Assembly: GCA_045114745.1 (NCBI GenBank)
Contig: JBGULD010000011.1
Coordinates: 190 to 64,189, forward strand
Length of the DNA: 64,000 nucleotides
Reading direction: 5' to 3'
DNA from: Bacilli bacterium
Lineage (GTDB): Bacteria; Bacillota_I; Bacilli_A; RFN20; CAG-826
The position numbers were made by a program, and so were the translations under genes. The notes beneath the pieces are model-generated. The model saw nothing but the letters and a program-made list of their open reading frames with translations. It did not search any database and had not been told where the DNA came from. Shown here piece after piece: positions 1 through 9,564 of the stretch. Numbering within the stretch: the first letter of the stretch is position 1; each line of letters opens with the position of its first letter.

Positions 1-514
1 TTTTTTGATATCTGAATTTAGCAATATTGTTAAGTAGACGGATGTGATAGTGGTCCAGATAACTCCTGATGTTGACAATAACTGGTAGAACTTTTTGTGA
101 TATATACATGACCATATAAGAGCAAGAATGGTGGAACCGCAAGCAGCATATATAAATATGAGCCACCAAGAGAATGCGTGAGGCATAGCGATCATCATAA
201 TGACGAAGACTAAGCCAAAGACTAAATATAGTAATGTTTCACTTAATCCAAAGATGAACCAGTGTTTGGTTGTTTTAGACATTGGAAGACGTCTTTTTTC
301 TTCGCGAAAAAAGTCATCCACTTTAATACCATAGAAATCCGCTAATGATTTCAAAACAAGAACATCAGGCATTCCCTCTGCTCTTTCCCATTTAGAAATT
401 GATTTATCGGAATAGTTAAACTTCTCCGCAATTTCGAGTTGTGTATATCCTGCGGCCTTTCTATAAAACGTGAGATTCTCAGCAATAATTTGTTCTAGTG
501 TTTTTTCTTCGTTC
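1..514 (-). CDS. XRE-family helix-turn-helix transcriptional regulator with C-terminal transmembrane region (partial, runs off left edge)
   Basis: The reverse-strand ORF starts ATG at 512-514 and translates MNEEKTLEQIIAENLTFYRKAAGYTQLEIAEKFNYSDKSISKWERAEGMPDVLVLKSLADFYGIKVDDFF, a classic HTH_XRE (Cro/C1) motif. It continues into hydrophobic segments, and no stop is reached before position 1. Confidence 0.7.
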
Positions 515-754
515 ATGCGTATATATCATACCTATATTAGTAAAAAAGGCAACAAGAATATGCTCTCCCTTATTTATAAGGGCATATGCATTTTTAAAAG
601 ATAAAAACAACTATTATTTTATGGTTTTTTGTCACTGTCTAAATTAATGTTAAATTATCTTGTATCGAGAACTCAAAGTGGTATAGTAGTTCACAAGAGA
701 AAAAGGAACGGCCAATAATCGGGCCATCCGCCAATCTCAAATTGGAGGTATTTT

Positions 755-901
755 ATGAACAAAAAAATTGGACCTAGAGATCGCAACACTGAGTTAACAG
801 ATAACGAAGAGTTGGAAATTTTAGAAGCCTACCAATCTGCTGATGAATACCTCAACATGGATAGCGGTTCCGATGACTTCTTCTTTGAGTCAGAGGAATA
901 A
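755..901 (+). CDS. small acidic peptide (48 aa), divergent from the XRE regulator
   Basis: ATG at 755 lies 7 nt after a GGAGGT Shine-Dalgarno (745-750). The product is MNKKIGPRDRNTELTDNEELEILEAYQSADEYLNMDSGSDDFFFESEE with stop TAA at 899-901, and a weak GCGG..CCGC hairpin plus T7 run follows. Confidence 0.4.
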   Translation: MNKKIGPRDRNTELTDNEELEILEAYQSADEYLNMDSGSDDFFFESEE

Positions 902-982
902 GCGAACAGAAATTGCGGGTTGACCGCTTTTTTTGTGCCCAAAAAACTATAATAATATATAATTAATAAAGATTTATAAAAT

Positions 983-2446
983 ATGGAAAAGGCTAAAGAA
1001 AGAAAAAAGATTGATTTCTCGACCTACGGACTAGTAGTGGGATTCTTATGTTTGGAGATATTAGCATTTGTCTCTTTTTATCTTGGTCATTCATTCTTAT
1101 TATATGGAATCCTTTCTATTGTTTTAGCAGGTCTTTTACTTTTAGTAACATTTAGACAAATCAAAAAAGATGGAATCACATCATTCCTGTTTTTCCTCTT
1201 CCCAATATTCGTCTTTGCTTTATTAACGGCACTAAGTGGATTTGGCACTAAATCAATCGGCGCTATTTCAGTTGTAGAGACCGTTTTTGTTCCAATTGGT
1301 TTGACACTATTTGGTTTATCCGGTTTCTTATCCGCTTATATTGAGAAGTTTAAGATTAAACTTGCCTTATTAATTATCTATTCCGCACTTGGTTTATTTG
1401 TGTTTATTAATTTGTTAATCACAATGATCTATTATGTGCCTTTCTACACTTTGATTTATAAGAACTCATATATTGTCTATAATGGTCAACCATCAGCGCT
1501 TCCAATCGGCTCGATGGCGTACATGTTATTCGGCTTCCAAGTGAAGGAAGTTAGCGTCAATTATTGGTCCTTATTCCCAAGTATTGGAATGACCACAATA
1601 ATCCCTCTATTTTTCATCAAATTCAAAGAAAATAAGCGGGATTTCCTGATTTATTGCGCAATTTCCTTTGTTTGTTTCCTCTCACTATTATTCACAATTT
1701 CGACCTATTCTTTGATTAGTGATTTGGTCTTAATATTAGGTATTGCCATCATTGTTATTGCTGCAAAAATTCATAAAGCGAGACCGGTATTAGATGGCAT
1801 GATGATTGCTATTGGAATTATCTTTGGTTTATTGGTTATCGTCATGTTTATTAATGCTCAGACAAACTGGGGTTTCGTTTCTGGATTTAGAAACATGATT
1901 GCTAAAACATCTTTGTTGAATCGTCTATTTAATACAAATAGATTTGCTTCTTCAATCAATGTAGTCTTCCAAGATATGTTTACACAAATGAAGTTCTTTG
2001 GTGTCCCTGTTGGTGGATATGGTTATCAATATGATAACGGCGTTGCTCAAGAGCTTTGTAATATGTGGATCTTTGATAATGCAATGACCAGTGGTGTATT
2101 TGGTTCATTGTTCTTTATTGCTGCGATCGTCTTAGGTGTCATTAAATTATTTAAATATTTGAAATATAGTGAAGAAGAAGGCTTAGTGAAATTTACCATT
2201 GCGGGTTATGTCCTTGGATTCTTTGTAATTTCCTTATTCTTACAAGATACTCGCCCATTAGTGAACTCTTCACTTCTTTCTCCTTTCTATACAAGCGCTC
2301 CATTGCTCATTTCATTATTTCTATTAGGATATGTCTATAATAAAACCCTTTCATTAAACATTAAGAAAGAAGAGTCTTCTAAAGAAGAAACTTCAAATGA
2401 AAATAATAACAAGGAGGAAATCGAAGATGAAACTATCGCGTTATAA
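983..2446 (+). CDS. polytopic integral membrane protein (about 12 TM segments, Lys/Glu-rich C-terminal tail), function unknown; possibly glycan polymerase/ligase-like
   Basis: A 487-aa ORF with many hydrophobic helices and a C-terminal tail EESSKEETSNENNNKEEIEDE. It is co-oriented with and overlaps the next lipoprotein gene. Confidence 0.55.
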   Translation: MEKAKERKKIDFSTYGLVVGFLCLEILAFVSFYLGHSFLLYGILSIVLAGLLLLVTFRQIKKDGITSFLFFLFPIFVFALLTALSGFGTKSIGAISVVETVFVPIGLTLFGLSGFLSAYIEKFKIKLALLIIYSALGLFVFINLLITMIYYVPFYTLIYKNSYIVYNGQPSALPIGSMAYMLFGFQVKEVSVNYWSLFPSIGMTTIIPLFFIKFKENKRDFLIYCAISFVCFLSLLFTISTYSLISDLVLILGIAIIVIAAKIHKARPVLDGMMIAIGIIFGLLVIVMFINAQTNWGFVSGFRNMIAKTSLLNRLFNTNRFASSINVVFQDMFTQMKFFGVPVGGYGYQYDNGVAQELCNMWIFDNAMTSGVFGSLFFIAAIVLGVIKLFKYLKYSEEEGLVKFTIAGYVLGFFVISLFLQDTRPLVNSSLLSPFYTSAPLLISLFLLGYVYNKTLSLNIKKEESSKEETSNENNNKEEIEDETIAL

Positions 2447-3317
2447 ATTGTTACTTATCGCTCCATCCCTTCTTTTAACTTCTTGTGGATATGGTTTAAA
2501 AGAAACATTTAATGGTCTTCCATACAATTCTTCTGTCTTCGCAGAGAATTATTTCAATGTTTGGGATAAGAGAATTAATCCATTTGTTGAAGGTAACAAG
2601 ATCACAGTCAACAAAGAAGATTACATCCTTGATGAAGAACAAGACAAAGTCTTCTTATCATTAAAAGATACGACATTTAGAGATTGCGAAGATAAATGGA
2701 ATGATTACGAATATGGATACGATAAGACTTCTCAACCAGAAAACGGAAAGAAAGCTTATGGTCCTGATGTCGCTATGACTAAATTAGATGACTCATTTAA
2801 ATATGGTGTTGTCTCAAAAATGTTTGATGGTCAAATGTTCTGTAATGGTGATTTTCAAAAATCCCGTACACAAGTTGAATCTATAAACAATGAGAATCCA
2901 AGCAAAGGTCTCGGTGTCTTATTCTCCAAAGAAACTAACAATGCATCATATTTTATGATGAACTTCAAATGCTCCGTAGTTACTGAAACTAATCAAAACC
3001 TCGGAAGATGCGACAGCATGCTTGAAATCAAAATTAATTTCTTCTTAAAGAACGATACTGGTTATACCAGAGTTCCTGTTTCTTATGTGATTGATGATGT
3101 TCCAACCAATTCAGGTGACGGCTTTGCAAACGATAGATTCAATAACTATATATGCTTTGGCTTTAAATTGGATAATATCGAAACTAATAGACTAATCGGT
3201 TTCTCTATTCAATATGAAAAACTCATGGATGGTTATTCAGAAGCCCATCCAGAAGAAAAAACACTTCACGCATTGATGCTTTATGAAGTGAGTTTTCCAC
3301 ATACTACTTGGCATTAA
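2427..3317 (+). CDS. lipoprotein, function unknown
   Basis: ATG at 2427 lies 9 nt after AAGGAGG (2411-2417). The N-terminus MKLSRYKLLLIAPSLLLTSCGYG has a lipobox (LLTSC). An upstream in-frame ATG at 2397 overlaps the previous gene. Confidence 0.6.
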   Translation: MKLSRYKLLLIAPSLLLTSCGYGLKETFNGLPYNSSVFAENYFNVWDKRINPFVEGNKITVNKEDYILDEEQDKVFLSLKDTTFRDCEDKWNDYEYGYDKTSQPENGKKAYGPDVAMTKLDDSFKYGVVSKMFDGQMFCNGDFQKSRTQVESINNENPSKGLGVLFSKETNNASYFMMNFKCSVVTETNQNLGRCDSMLEIKINFFLKNDTGYTRVPVSYVIDDVPTNSGDGFANDRFNNYICFGFKLDNIETNRLIGFSIQYEKLMDGYSEAHPEEKTLHALMLYEVSFPHTTWH

Positions 3318-4230
3318 TATATTTACTTATATCTAACCATTTACCCATTTCGAAGTCGCATTGGTCATCGTCTAATATCAATGTTCCTTTTGCGGGCGTA
3401 AATGTCATTTCGGAAAAATAAATTTTTCCGTTGATGTTATATAGATCCACTCTAACGAATGGGAATGGTTCGGATAATATCTCCGCCATTTCGACCATAT
3501 CATTCCAGTGATCTGGTTTTTTTAATGGGTAATCGGTTTTCTTCCAACCATTGAATTGACTGCCATCAAATGGAGTCCAATCAATATAGTAATTGTTATA
3601 TCTAATATCGATTCCGCGCGAGGTAACGACATACATAGAACGTGCCTTGCCATTGAAGACATGAATCTTATATTCGATTGGTAATTTACCATCTTCCTCT
3701 AAGAACTTTTCAATGATGATTTGTGGTTTGATAGGGGCGTAGTGGAGTTCGACAGTCTTCTTGCCATAATTGGTTTTAAGCCATTTGTTAAACTTCTTTT
3801 TTAACTCTGGAATGTTAATTTGTGATTTATCTCGACAGATATAATTGAAGGCACAAGCATGGGTGCATTTCATCACAAATTGATTAGGTAATTTATCAAA
3901 GTCAATTTCTTCAAAAGTGTCAAAAACCCCGTAAATCGGGATTAATTTGTCCGCAAATCCGCGTTTATTGAGATATTCTCTTACTCCAGCACGACCTGCA
4001 CATTGACTGACTAAAGGATCTTTTGGATAGACAAAAAGACGGAGATATTGAAGCTTCTCGGTATATCGAACTGGATTCTTTAAATTTAACTTGTGATGGG
4101 TAATGTACTTATATTGATATTTAACATATGCCGTTTTGGAAACAGCTTTGACTAAACCACGAAAAGGCACCACAAGTGCTCTTTTAAATATGTTTTCTTT
4201 TAAATTCGGATTAGGCATATTTTTTTTCAT
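3304..4230 (-). CDS. TupA-like ATP-grasp family protein (surface glycan / teichuronopeptide-type biosynthesis)
   Basis: The 308-aa product contains KNPVRYTEKLQYLRLF, IPIYGVFDTFEEIDFDKLPNQFVMKCTHACAFN and KIHVFNGK, which are typical of the TupA-like ATP-grasp family. Confidence 0.6.
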   Translation of the reverse strand: MKKNMPNPNLKENIFKRALVVPFRGLVKAVSKTAYVKYQYKYITHHKLNLKNPVRYTEKLQYLRLFVYPKDPLVSQCAGRAGVREYLNKRGFADKLIPIYGVFDTFEEIDFDKLPNQFVMKCTHACAFNYICRDKSQINIPELKKKFNKWLKTNYGKKTVELHYAPIKPQIIIEKFLEEDGKLPIEYKIHVFNGKARSMYVVTSRGIDIRYNNYYIDWTPFDGSQFNGWKKTDYPLKKPDHWNDMVEMAEILSEPFPFVRVDLYNINGKIYFSEMTFTPAKGTLILDDDQCDFEMGKWLDISKYINAK

Positions 4231-4274
4231 ATATTAGTATATGCAAAAGGTTTCTCAATTCCAATATATGTGTT

Positions 4275-4655
4275 ATGCTTTTAAAGATGAAAAAGGCATT
4301 TAAAAAATTTAGAGTTTGGATGATTGCTTTAGCACTTACTGTTGTCGGTGGTGGTGTTCCATTTTTAGTTTTGGTCATTACACTCAATATTGATAACGCG
4401 GAAGCTTTCCAATATCCATTACTCCTCGGTGCCTTTGCTGCTGTTTATCTATTAGTGGGTTTTGTCTGGGGTGACTTACATGTCGCTTTCTATCGTCGTA
4501 AAGAGAAGAACTGGGATGGTGCATTACCCGAGGAAGTGAAAGAGTCTGCTTGGTCAAGAAGACTCCCTTTCTATATTGCCGCTGCAATTATTTTTACAAT
4601 TTTTATGGTATTTGAAATAATCTTCTGGATTAGTGGTAAATACCCATTTTTGTAA
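4275..4655 (+). CDS. small membrane protein (3-4 TM), unknown
   Basis: A 126-aa ORF with hydrophobic helices. The antisense ORF 4384-4587 is judged spurious. Confidence 0.4.
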   Translation: MLLKMKKAFKKFRVWMIALALTVVGGGVPFLVLVITLNIDNAEAFQYPLLLGAFAAVYLLVGFVWGDLHVAFYRRKEKNWDGALPEEVKESAWSRRLPFYIAAAIIFTIFMVFEIIFWISGKYPFL

Positions 4656-4793
4656 GGTTTTTACATAGTTAATACCCTTTTTAAATCATTATATTTATAT
4701 GCGTATTTTATTGTGTGCGCGAAAAAATGTTTTGATTTTTTCTTTATATGAGTGTAAGGTTATAAACAATCATTAAGAATTCTGAAAGAAAGG

Positions 4794-7187
4794 ATGGAAA
4801 ACTACATTATGAAAACAAAACTCAACTCTCTAATGATCCTTGCGTTGTGTGGTATGTTGTCTGCATGTGGTAGCAAATATGGCAAAGTTTCCGGTTCCCC
4901 ATATAACTTGTTAAATGGTAGAACTGCTAAAAAGAGCTATGAATCATTAACTGTTTCTGGTATCGGTTCCTTAAACTATTTGGTCTCCTCTGCTCAAGCC
5001 GATGCCTCTCACTTCGCAAACTTTGTCGATGGCTTAGTTACACATAATGAATTTGGCGTTCTCGAACTCAACTTAGCGGAAACTGCAAGTCACAATGCTG
5101 ATTACACTGAATTCGAATTCAAACTAAGAGATGACAAAAACTTAGTATGGCTTAACTATAATGGCAAACCATATTCATTCAATGGTGAGACACAATACGT
5201 TAAAGCAAGCGACTTCTTAGCAGGCGCGAAAGCAGTCTTAACATTCTCCAATAACTCTAAGACCGCTTATATGATCTATGACTTTGTGAAAGGTGCTATG
5301 GAATACTACCTTTACACACAAATTCAAGATGGTATTGCAAAAGGTAACAAAACCTATACCAAACTCAACACCAATGATAAAAAGGCTGATTGGATTCAAA
5401 ACGAAATCAAAACCGCTCACCCAAACATTTATGAAAATGGTGGTTATGAAGCCAGCCCAGTCACTGGTAATGACATTCCAAACATTGAAAGTGGTAAACG
5501 TTTAGGCGTTGTTGTCGATGACCAAGCGAGAACCGTTAAATACATTTTAATGACTTCCGCTATGTACTTCCCAACCATGCTTACATACTCACCATACTTA
5601 CCAGTCAATGCTCACTTCTTAGAAGAAAAAGGTTCTAAGTTCGGTGTCTCCGCTAGAGATTCTATTCTCTATAACGGACCATTCATCTTAAGCCAATTAG
5701 ATGAAACAACAATCGTCTATTCTAAGAACACAACATATGCCAAACGTGCTGATATCCATGGTTACAACAGTGTTCACGTTGACAAAGTCAAATTCAACAT
5801 TGTTAAAGCTGATATCGATAACAGCTACGTCAGAACCCAATTTGAAAACGGTAACATCGATGGCTTCTCCCTCTCTCCAAACGATAAAGAAGGTTGGGCC
5901 AAATACGTTGTCGGTCCAAATGGTGATGGCACAATTGAAAATCCAGCCAATGGTTTAGTTAACTCCCGTTTATTAGACACAATTGGTTCTTGCTACGGCA
6001 CAAACATCGTTATGGAACGTGCTGCCAACAGTGCTTCTGCAACATCATATTCTACATTCGGTACAGCTGATACAATTGCTAACACAACTAGAGCTCTCCG
6101 TTTGAAATCAGTCAGAGAAGCCATCATGGCCGCCTTCGACTATCCAGAATATTACAAACGTTATGCTGATGGCGATTCTGAAAGCGTCTTCGCTTCTCAA
6201 GAAGTTGTTCACACATATGTTCCAAAGAACTTCGTCTTTGACGATAACAACAACGAATACACTCAATACTACTATGCTAAAGAATTAGCAAAACATAATG
6301 GTATTACTGATGCACAAGCTCTTGAATTAATCCAACCAGGTCAATTCAAGACACGTCAACAAACCAGAGACCAAGTTGCTGCTAAAGTGGCAAAAGCCCA
6401 AGCTGACATCACTAAATATAATGGTTCAGCTTTAGCAACAAAATATGGCGTCATTAACTACCCAATTCAAATTGAATACTACTCAATCTGGGATTCTCAA
6501 GAAGAAAAAGTCTATGACACCACAATGATCTCTTCCATGAATAAGAGATTAAATAACATTGATGATATCGGTGACAATTATGCCAACTGTAATATCTTCA
6601 AGGTTGTTCCAACCGATCTCTGTAACACCAATAACTATCAAACGGTTGATGGTAATGGTGGTAACGCAGCCTTCGACTTCTCCGCAGTTTTGTGGGGATG
6701 GGGCGCTGACTATGGTGATCCATTAACATACTTGAACACTTACACCAGAAATGGTGACTGGAGCAGCATCTTCAACTTCTTAAGTATGGATTATGTTGCT
6801 AACATCACTGTTGATGGCGATGTCGTTTCTGAAGAAGACTTATTAACTCACTACACAGCGACAGTCCGTAAGGCTCAAAAAGAAAACGAAAACTTAACAA
6901 CTCGTTATTCTCTCTTCGCGGAAGCTGAAGTTGAACTCATTAATGACTTAGCGATTTATCAACCACAAGTCAACCGTGGTCAAGGTTGGTCCTTATCCAT
7001 CAGTAAGTCTGCTGGTTATGAAGTCCCAACATCTAACTATGGTATTTCCAATGAACGTTTAACTGGCTTATGGGTGTTAAAAGATCCATTAACCCGTGAA
7101 GAACGTGCTTCAATCCGTGCTGAATATGATGCCAACAAAGCAGCATACATCGGCGAACACGGTAGTATGAACATCTATAGCAAATAA
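4794..7187 (+). CDS. oppA: oligopeptide ABC transporter substrate-binding lipoprotein (OppA-like, family 5 solute-binding protein)
   Basis: The 797-aa product has a lipobox MLSACGS. It is the first gene of a co-oriented set with two permease and two ATPase genes. Alternative start ATG at 4809 (MKTKLNSL...). Confidence 0.7.
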   Translation: MENYIMKTKLNSLMILALCGMLSACGSKYGKVSGSPYNLLNGRTAKKSYESLTVSGIGSLNYLVSSAQADASHFANFVDGLVTHNEFGVLELNLAETASHNADYTEFEFKLRDDKNLVWLNYNGKPYSFNGETQYVKASDFLAGAKAVLTFSNNSKTAYMIYDFVKGAMEYYLYTQIQDGIAKGNKTYTKLNTNDKKADWIQNEIKTAHPNIYENGGYEASPVTGNDIPNIESGKRLGVVVDDQARTVKYILMTSAMYFPTMLTYSPYLPVNAHFLEEKGSKFGVSARDSILYNGPFILSQLDETTIVYSKNTTYAKRADIHGYNSVHVDKVKFNIVKADIDNSYVRTQFENGNIDGFSLSPNDKEGWAKYVVGPNGDGTIENPANGLVNSRLLDTIGSCYGTNIVMERAANSASATSYSTFGTADTIANTTRALRLKSVREAIMAAFDYPEYYKRYADGDSESVFASQEVVHTYVPKNFVFDDNNNEYTQYYYAKELAKHNGITDAQALELIQPGQFKTRQQTRDQVAAKVAKAQADITKYNGSALATKYGVINYPIQIEYYSIWDSQEEKVYDTTMISSMNKRLNNIDDIGDNYANCNIFKVVPTDLCNTNNYQTVDGNGGNAAFDFSAVLWGWGADYGDPLTYLNTYTRNGDWSSIFNFLSMDYVANITVDGDVVSEEDLLTHYTATVRKAQKENENLTTRYSLFAEAEVELINDLAIYQPQVNRGQGWSLSISKSAGYEVPTSNYGISNERLTGLWVLKDPLTREERASIRAEYDANKAAYIGEHGSMNIYSK

Positions 7188-7221
7188 GCTATTCGTTTAC
7201 ACTAAATATTATTTAAAAACA

Positions 7222-7262
7222 TTAGGGCTCCGGAAGAATTTTTCTTCCGTCCCTAATTTCAT
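7222..7262 (+). promoter_or_regulatory. intercistronic stem-loop between oppA and oppB (partial terminator / mRNA-stabilising hairpin)
   Basis: TTAGGGcuCCGGAAG-aattttt-CTTCCGuCCCTAA gives a 6+6 bp stem with a small internal loop, followed by a U-rich tract, 34 nt after the oppA stop. The oppB SD AAGGAGG is at 7272. Confidence 0.5.
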
Positions 7263-7283
7263 TCGTTTATAAGGAGGAAAAAT

Positions 7284-8468
7284 ATGGCCACATTTATTAT
7301 TGGTTATTCACTAATATTCTTAGTTGTCGCATTCATCATTTTTTCCATTTTGGTGAAGAAAAGAATTATTTTTGGAAATACCATTGCCATGCAAAGAATT
7401 TTTGCCAATCCTCTTCTTCACTATTCAATTAAAAGACTATTATCGTCAGTCATTTCTATCGTCTTGGCGATGTTAGTAACATTCTTTTTAATTCGTATCG
7501 CAAAACCAGCTGATAAGACTTGTAATCAATTCTTCTTTGATCCAAAACTACCTAAAGAAGTCTTTGAATTACAATGTAATGCCTGGAAAGAAAATATGGG
7601 CATGAATGGTTCTATATTAGAGCAATTACTTAAATTCTTTTATTCCGTTATCCCATTCCCAAAGATGATTTGTTTAACCACATATGAATCTGTGGATATT
7701 AATGGGGTCAGTACACTCCAAGGGGTTATTTCTGATTGTCGAACTGTAGTATTTGATTTAGGGCGTATCTATAAGATGGATAACGTTCCTGATGGCTATT
7801 TAGTCACAGACTACATGATGACCAGAATGGGTGTGTCATTCAAAATTGGTATTTTTGCGGTTATTTTGGAACTTGCCTTAGGATATCCTTTCGGTATCTT
7901 TATGGCGAAGTATCAAAATGGCCTTTTCGATAGAATAGGTAAAGGCTACATCATGATTATCGACGCGATTCCTGGTGTTGCTTATTACTACATCTGGATG
8001 GCGATTCTTTGTAATCTCTTCCAGTTACCATTCCAATACGACGCGAACAATGTTTTATCTTATTTACCAGCAATCTTGACAATGGGTGTTACTGGTATGT
8101 CAGGTATTGGACTTTGGGTCCGTCGTTACATGGTTGATGAATTTAACTCCGATTATGTCAAATTCGCTCGTAGTAAAGGTTTGAAAGAAAACCGTATTAT
8201 GACGATTCACATTTTAAGAAACGCGGTCGTTCCATTAGTGAGAACATTCCCTGCAGCGATTATCGGCGCATTGATGGGTTCTTACTTTATTGAAAATATG
8301 TATGGTATCAATGGTATCGGTAACGCTTTGATGGTGGCACAAAACACCAGCAATGTGTGGCTCATCCAAGGTATCATCTTATTCTCCGCATTCTTATCAG
8401 TCACCTCATACTTATTAGGTGATATCGTTACCGCCTCAGTTGATCCTCGTATCAGCTTTGAAGCGTAG
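7284..8468 (+). CDS. oppB: oligopeptide ABC transporter permease OppB (with N-terminal extension)
   Basis: The 394-aa polytopic product has the ABC permease signature region (FARSKGLKENRIMTIHILRNAVVPLV), and AAGGAGG lies upstream. Confidence 0.8.
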   Translation: MATFIIGYSLIFLVVAFIIFSILVKKRIIFGNTIAMQRIFANPLLHYSIKRLLSSVISIVLAMLVTFFLIRIAKPADKTCNQFFFDPKLPKEVFELQCNAWKENMGMNGSILEQLLKFFYSVIPFPKMICLTTYESVDINGVSTLQGVISDCRTVVFDLGRIYKMDNVPDGYLVTDYMMTRMGVSFKIGIFAVILELALGYPFGIFMAKYQNGLFDRIGKGYIMIIDAIPGVAYYYIWMAILCNLFQLPFQYDANNVLSYLPAILTMGVTGMSGIGLWVRRYMVDEFNSDYVKFARSKGLKENRIMTIHILRNAVVPLVRTFPAAIIGALMGSYFIENMYGINGIGNALMVAQNTSNVWLIQGIILFSAFLSVTSYLLGDIVTASVDPRISFEA

Positions 8469-8482
8469 AAAGGAGGCTAATC

Positions 8483-9553
8483 ATGAAGAAGAAAAAGAAA
8501 GTCGCTCAAGAAGAAGCCCTTTTCCAAACTTACGATAATGATCCTCGTTTAGCGGATACTGTTAAGGTTGAAGAAACGATTGACACTAATATCGAAGACT
8601 TATTCAAAGTGGTGGGAACTTCTGATGAAAGAATCGAAAAATTAGATTCCACTCCATATTCATATTGGTCTCTTACTTTCAAGTATTTATTTAAGAACCC
8701 ATTTGTCATTATTTGCTTGGTTATCCTTGCAATTCTCATCTTTTTCACCATTTTTGGTCCATTGATGAAGAATTACCCAATCTTAGTTAGAGAGGGTGTT
8801 GGATATGTTCCAAGTCAATATCGTTGGAATGAGATAATTGGGCCGAACGCTGACCACTGGTTTGGCGTCTTCTACCCATCCACAAGCGCTGTCTTCAATG
8901 GTGCGGATATGTGGTATATCGTCTGGAAAGGTAGCCAACTCTCCTTAATCTTAGGTACAGTTGTCGCCCTTATTGATACTGTTGTTGGTATCATCATCGG
9001 TTCCTTATGGGGATATTTCAGATGGTTAGACCCAATCCTCATTGAATTCCGTAACTTTGTTAATAACATTCCAACATTGTTATTAGACATCTTGTTAATG
9101 CAGATCTTAAAACCATCATTCTGGGTTTTGGTCTTCTTATTAACCGCATTAGGATGGATTGGTTTGGCAGGATTTATCCGTAACCAAATCATCATCATCC
9201 GTAACCGTGAATATAACATTGCATCACAAACTCTTGGTAGTTCATCTGTGACAATGATTACTCATAACTTATTACCATATTTGGTAAGCGTTATTATCAC
9301 TGTTGTTTCTACAGCGATTCCAGAAGCGATTTCTAGCGAAGTCGGATTGGCTTACTTCAACCTTTCCTTCAACGCCTCTAATAACGAAATCACTTTAGGT
9401 CAAGTTTTAACCACAGTTTGTAAATCATTAACATGGATGCAACACCCATATTTATTGATAGGGCCGATGATGGTCATGGCACCGCTGACGATAACGTTCT
9501 TCTATCTAGGACTGGCTTTAGCAGATGCTACTGATCCGAAGTCGCATCGTTAG
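8483..9553 (+). CDS. oppC: oligopeptide ABC transporter permease OppC
   Basis: A 356-aa polytopic product downstream of oppB with SD AAAGGAGG at 8469-8476. It has typical OppC/DppC topology with an N-terminal soluble extension. Confidence 0.8.
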   Translation: MKKKKKVAQEEALFQTYDNDPRLADTVKVEETIDTNIEDLFKVVGTSDERIEKLDSTPYSYWSLTFKYLFKNPFVIICLVILAILIFFTIFGPLMKNYPILVREGVGYVPSQYRWNEIIGPNADHWFGVFYPSTSAVFNGADMWYIVWKGSQLSLILGTVVALIDTVVGIIIGSLWGYFRWLDPILIEFRNFVNNIPTLLLDILLMQILKPSFWVLVFLLTALGWIGLAGFIRNQIIIIRNREYNIASQTLGSSSVTMITHNLLPYLVSVIITVVSTAIPEAISSEVGLAYFNLSFNASNNEITLGQVLTTVCKSLTWMQHPYLLIGPMMVMAPLTITFFYLGLALADATDPKSHR

Positions 9554-9564
9554 GAGGTAGTTTT

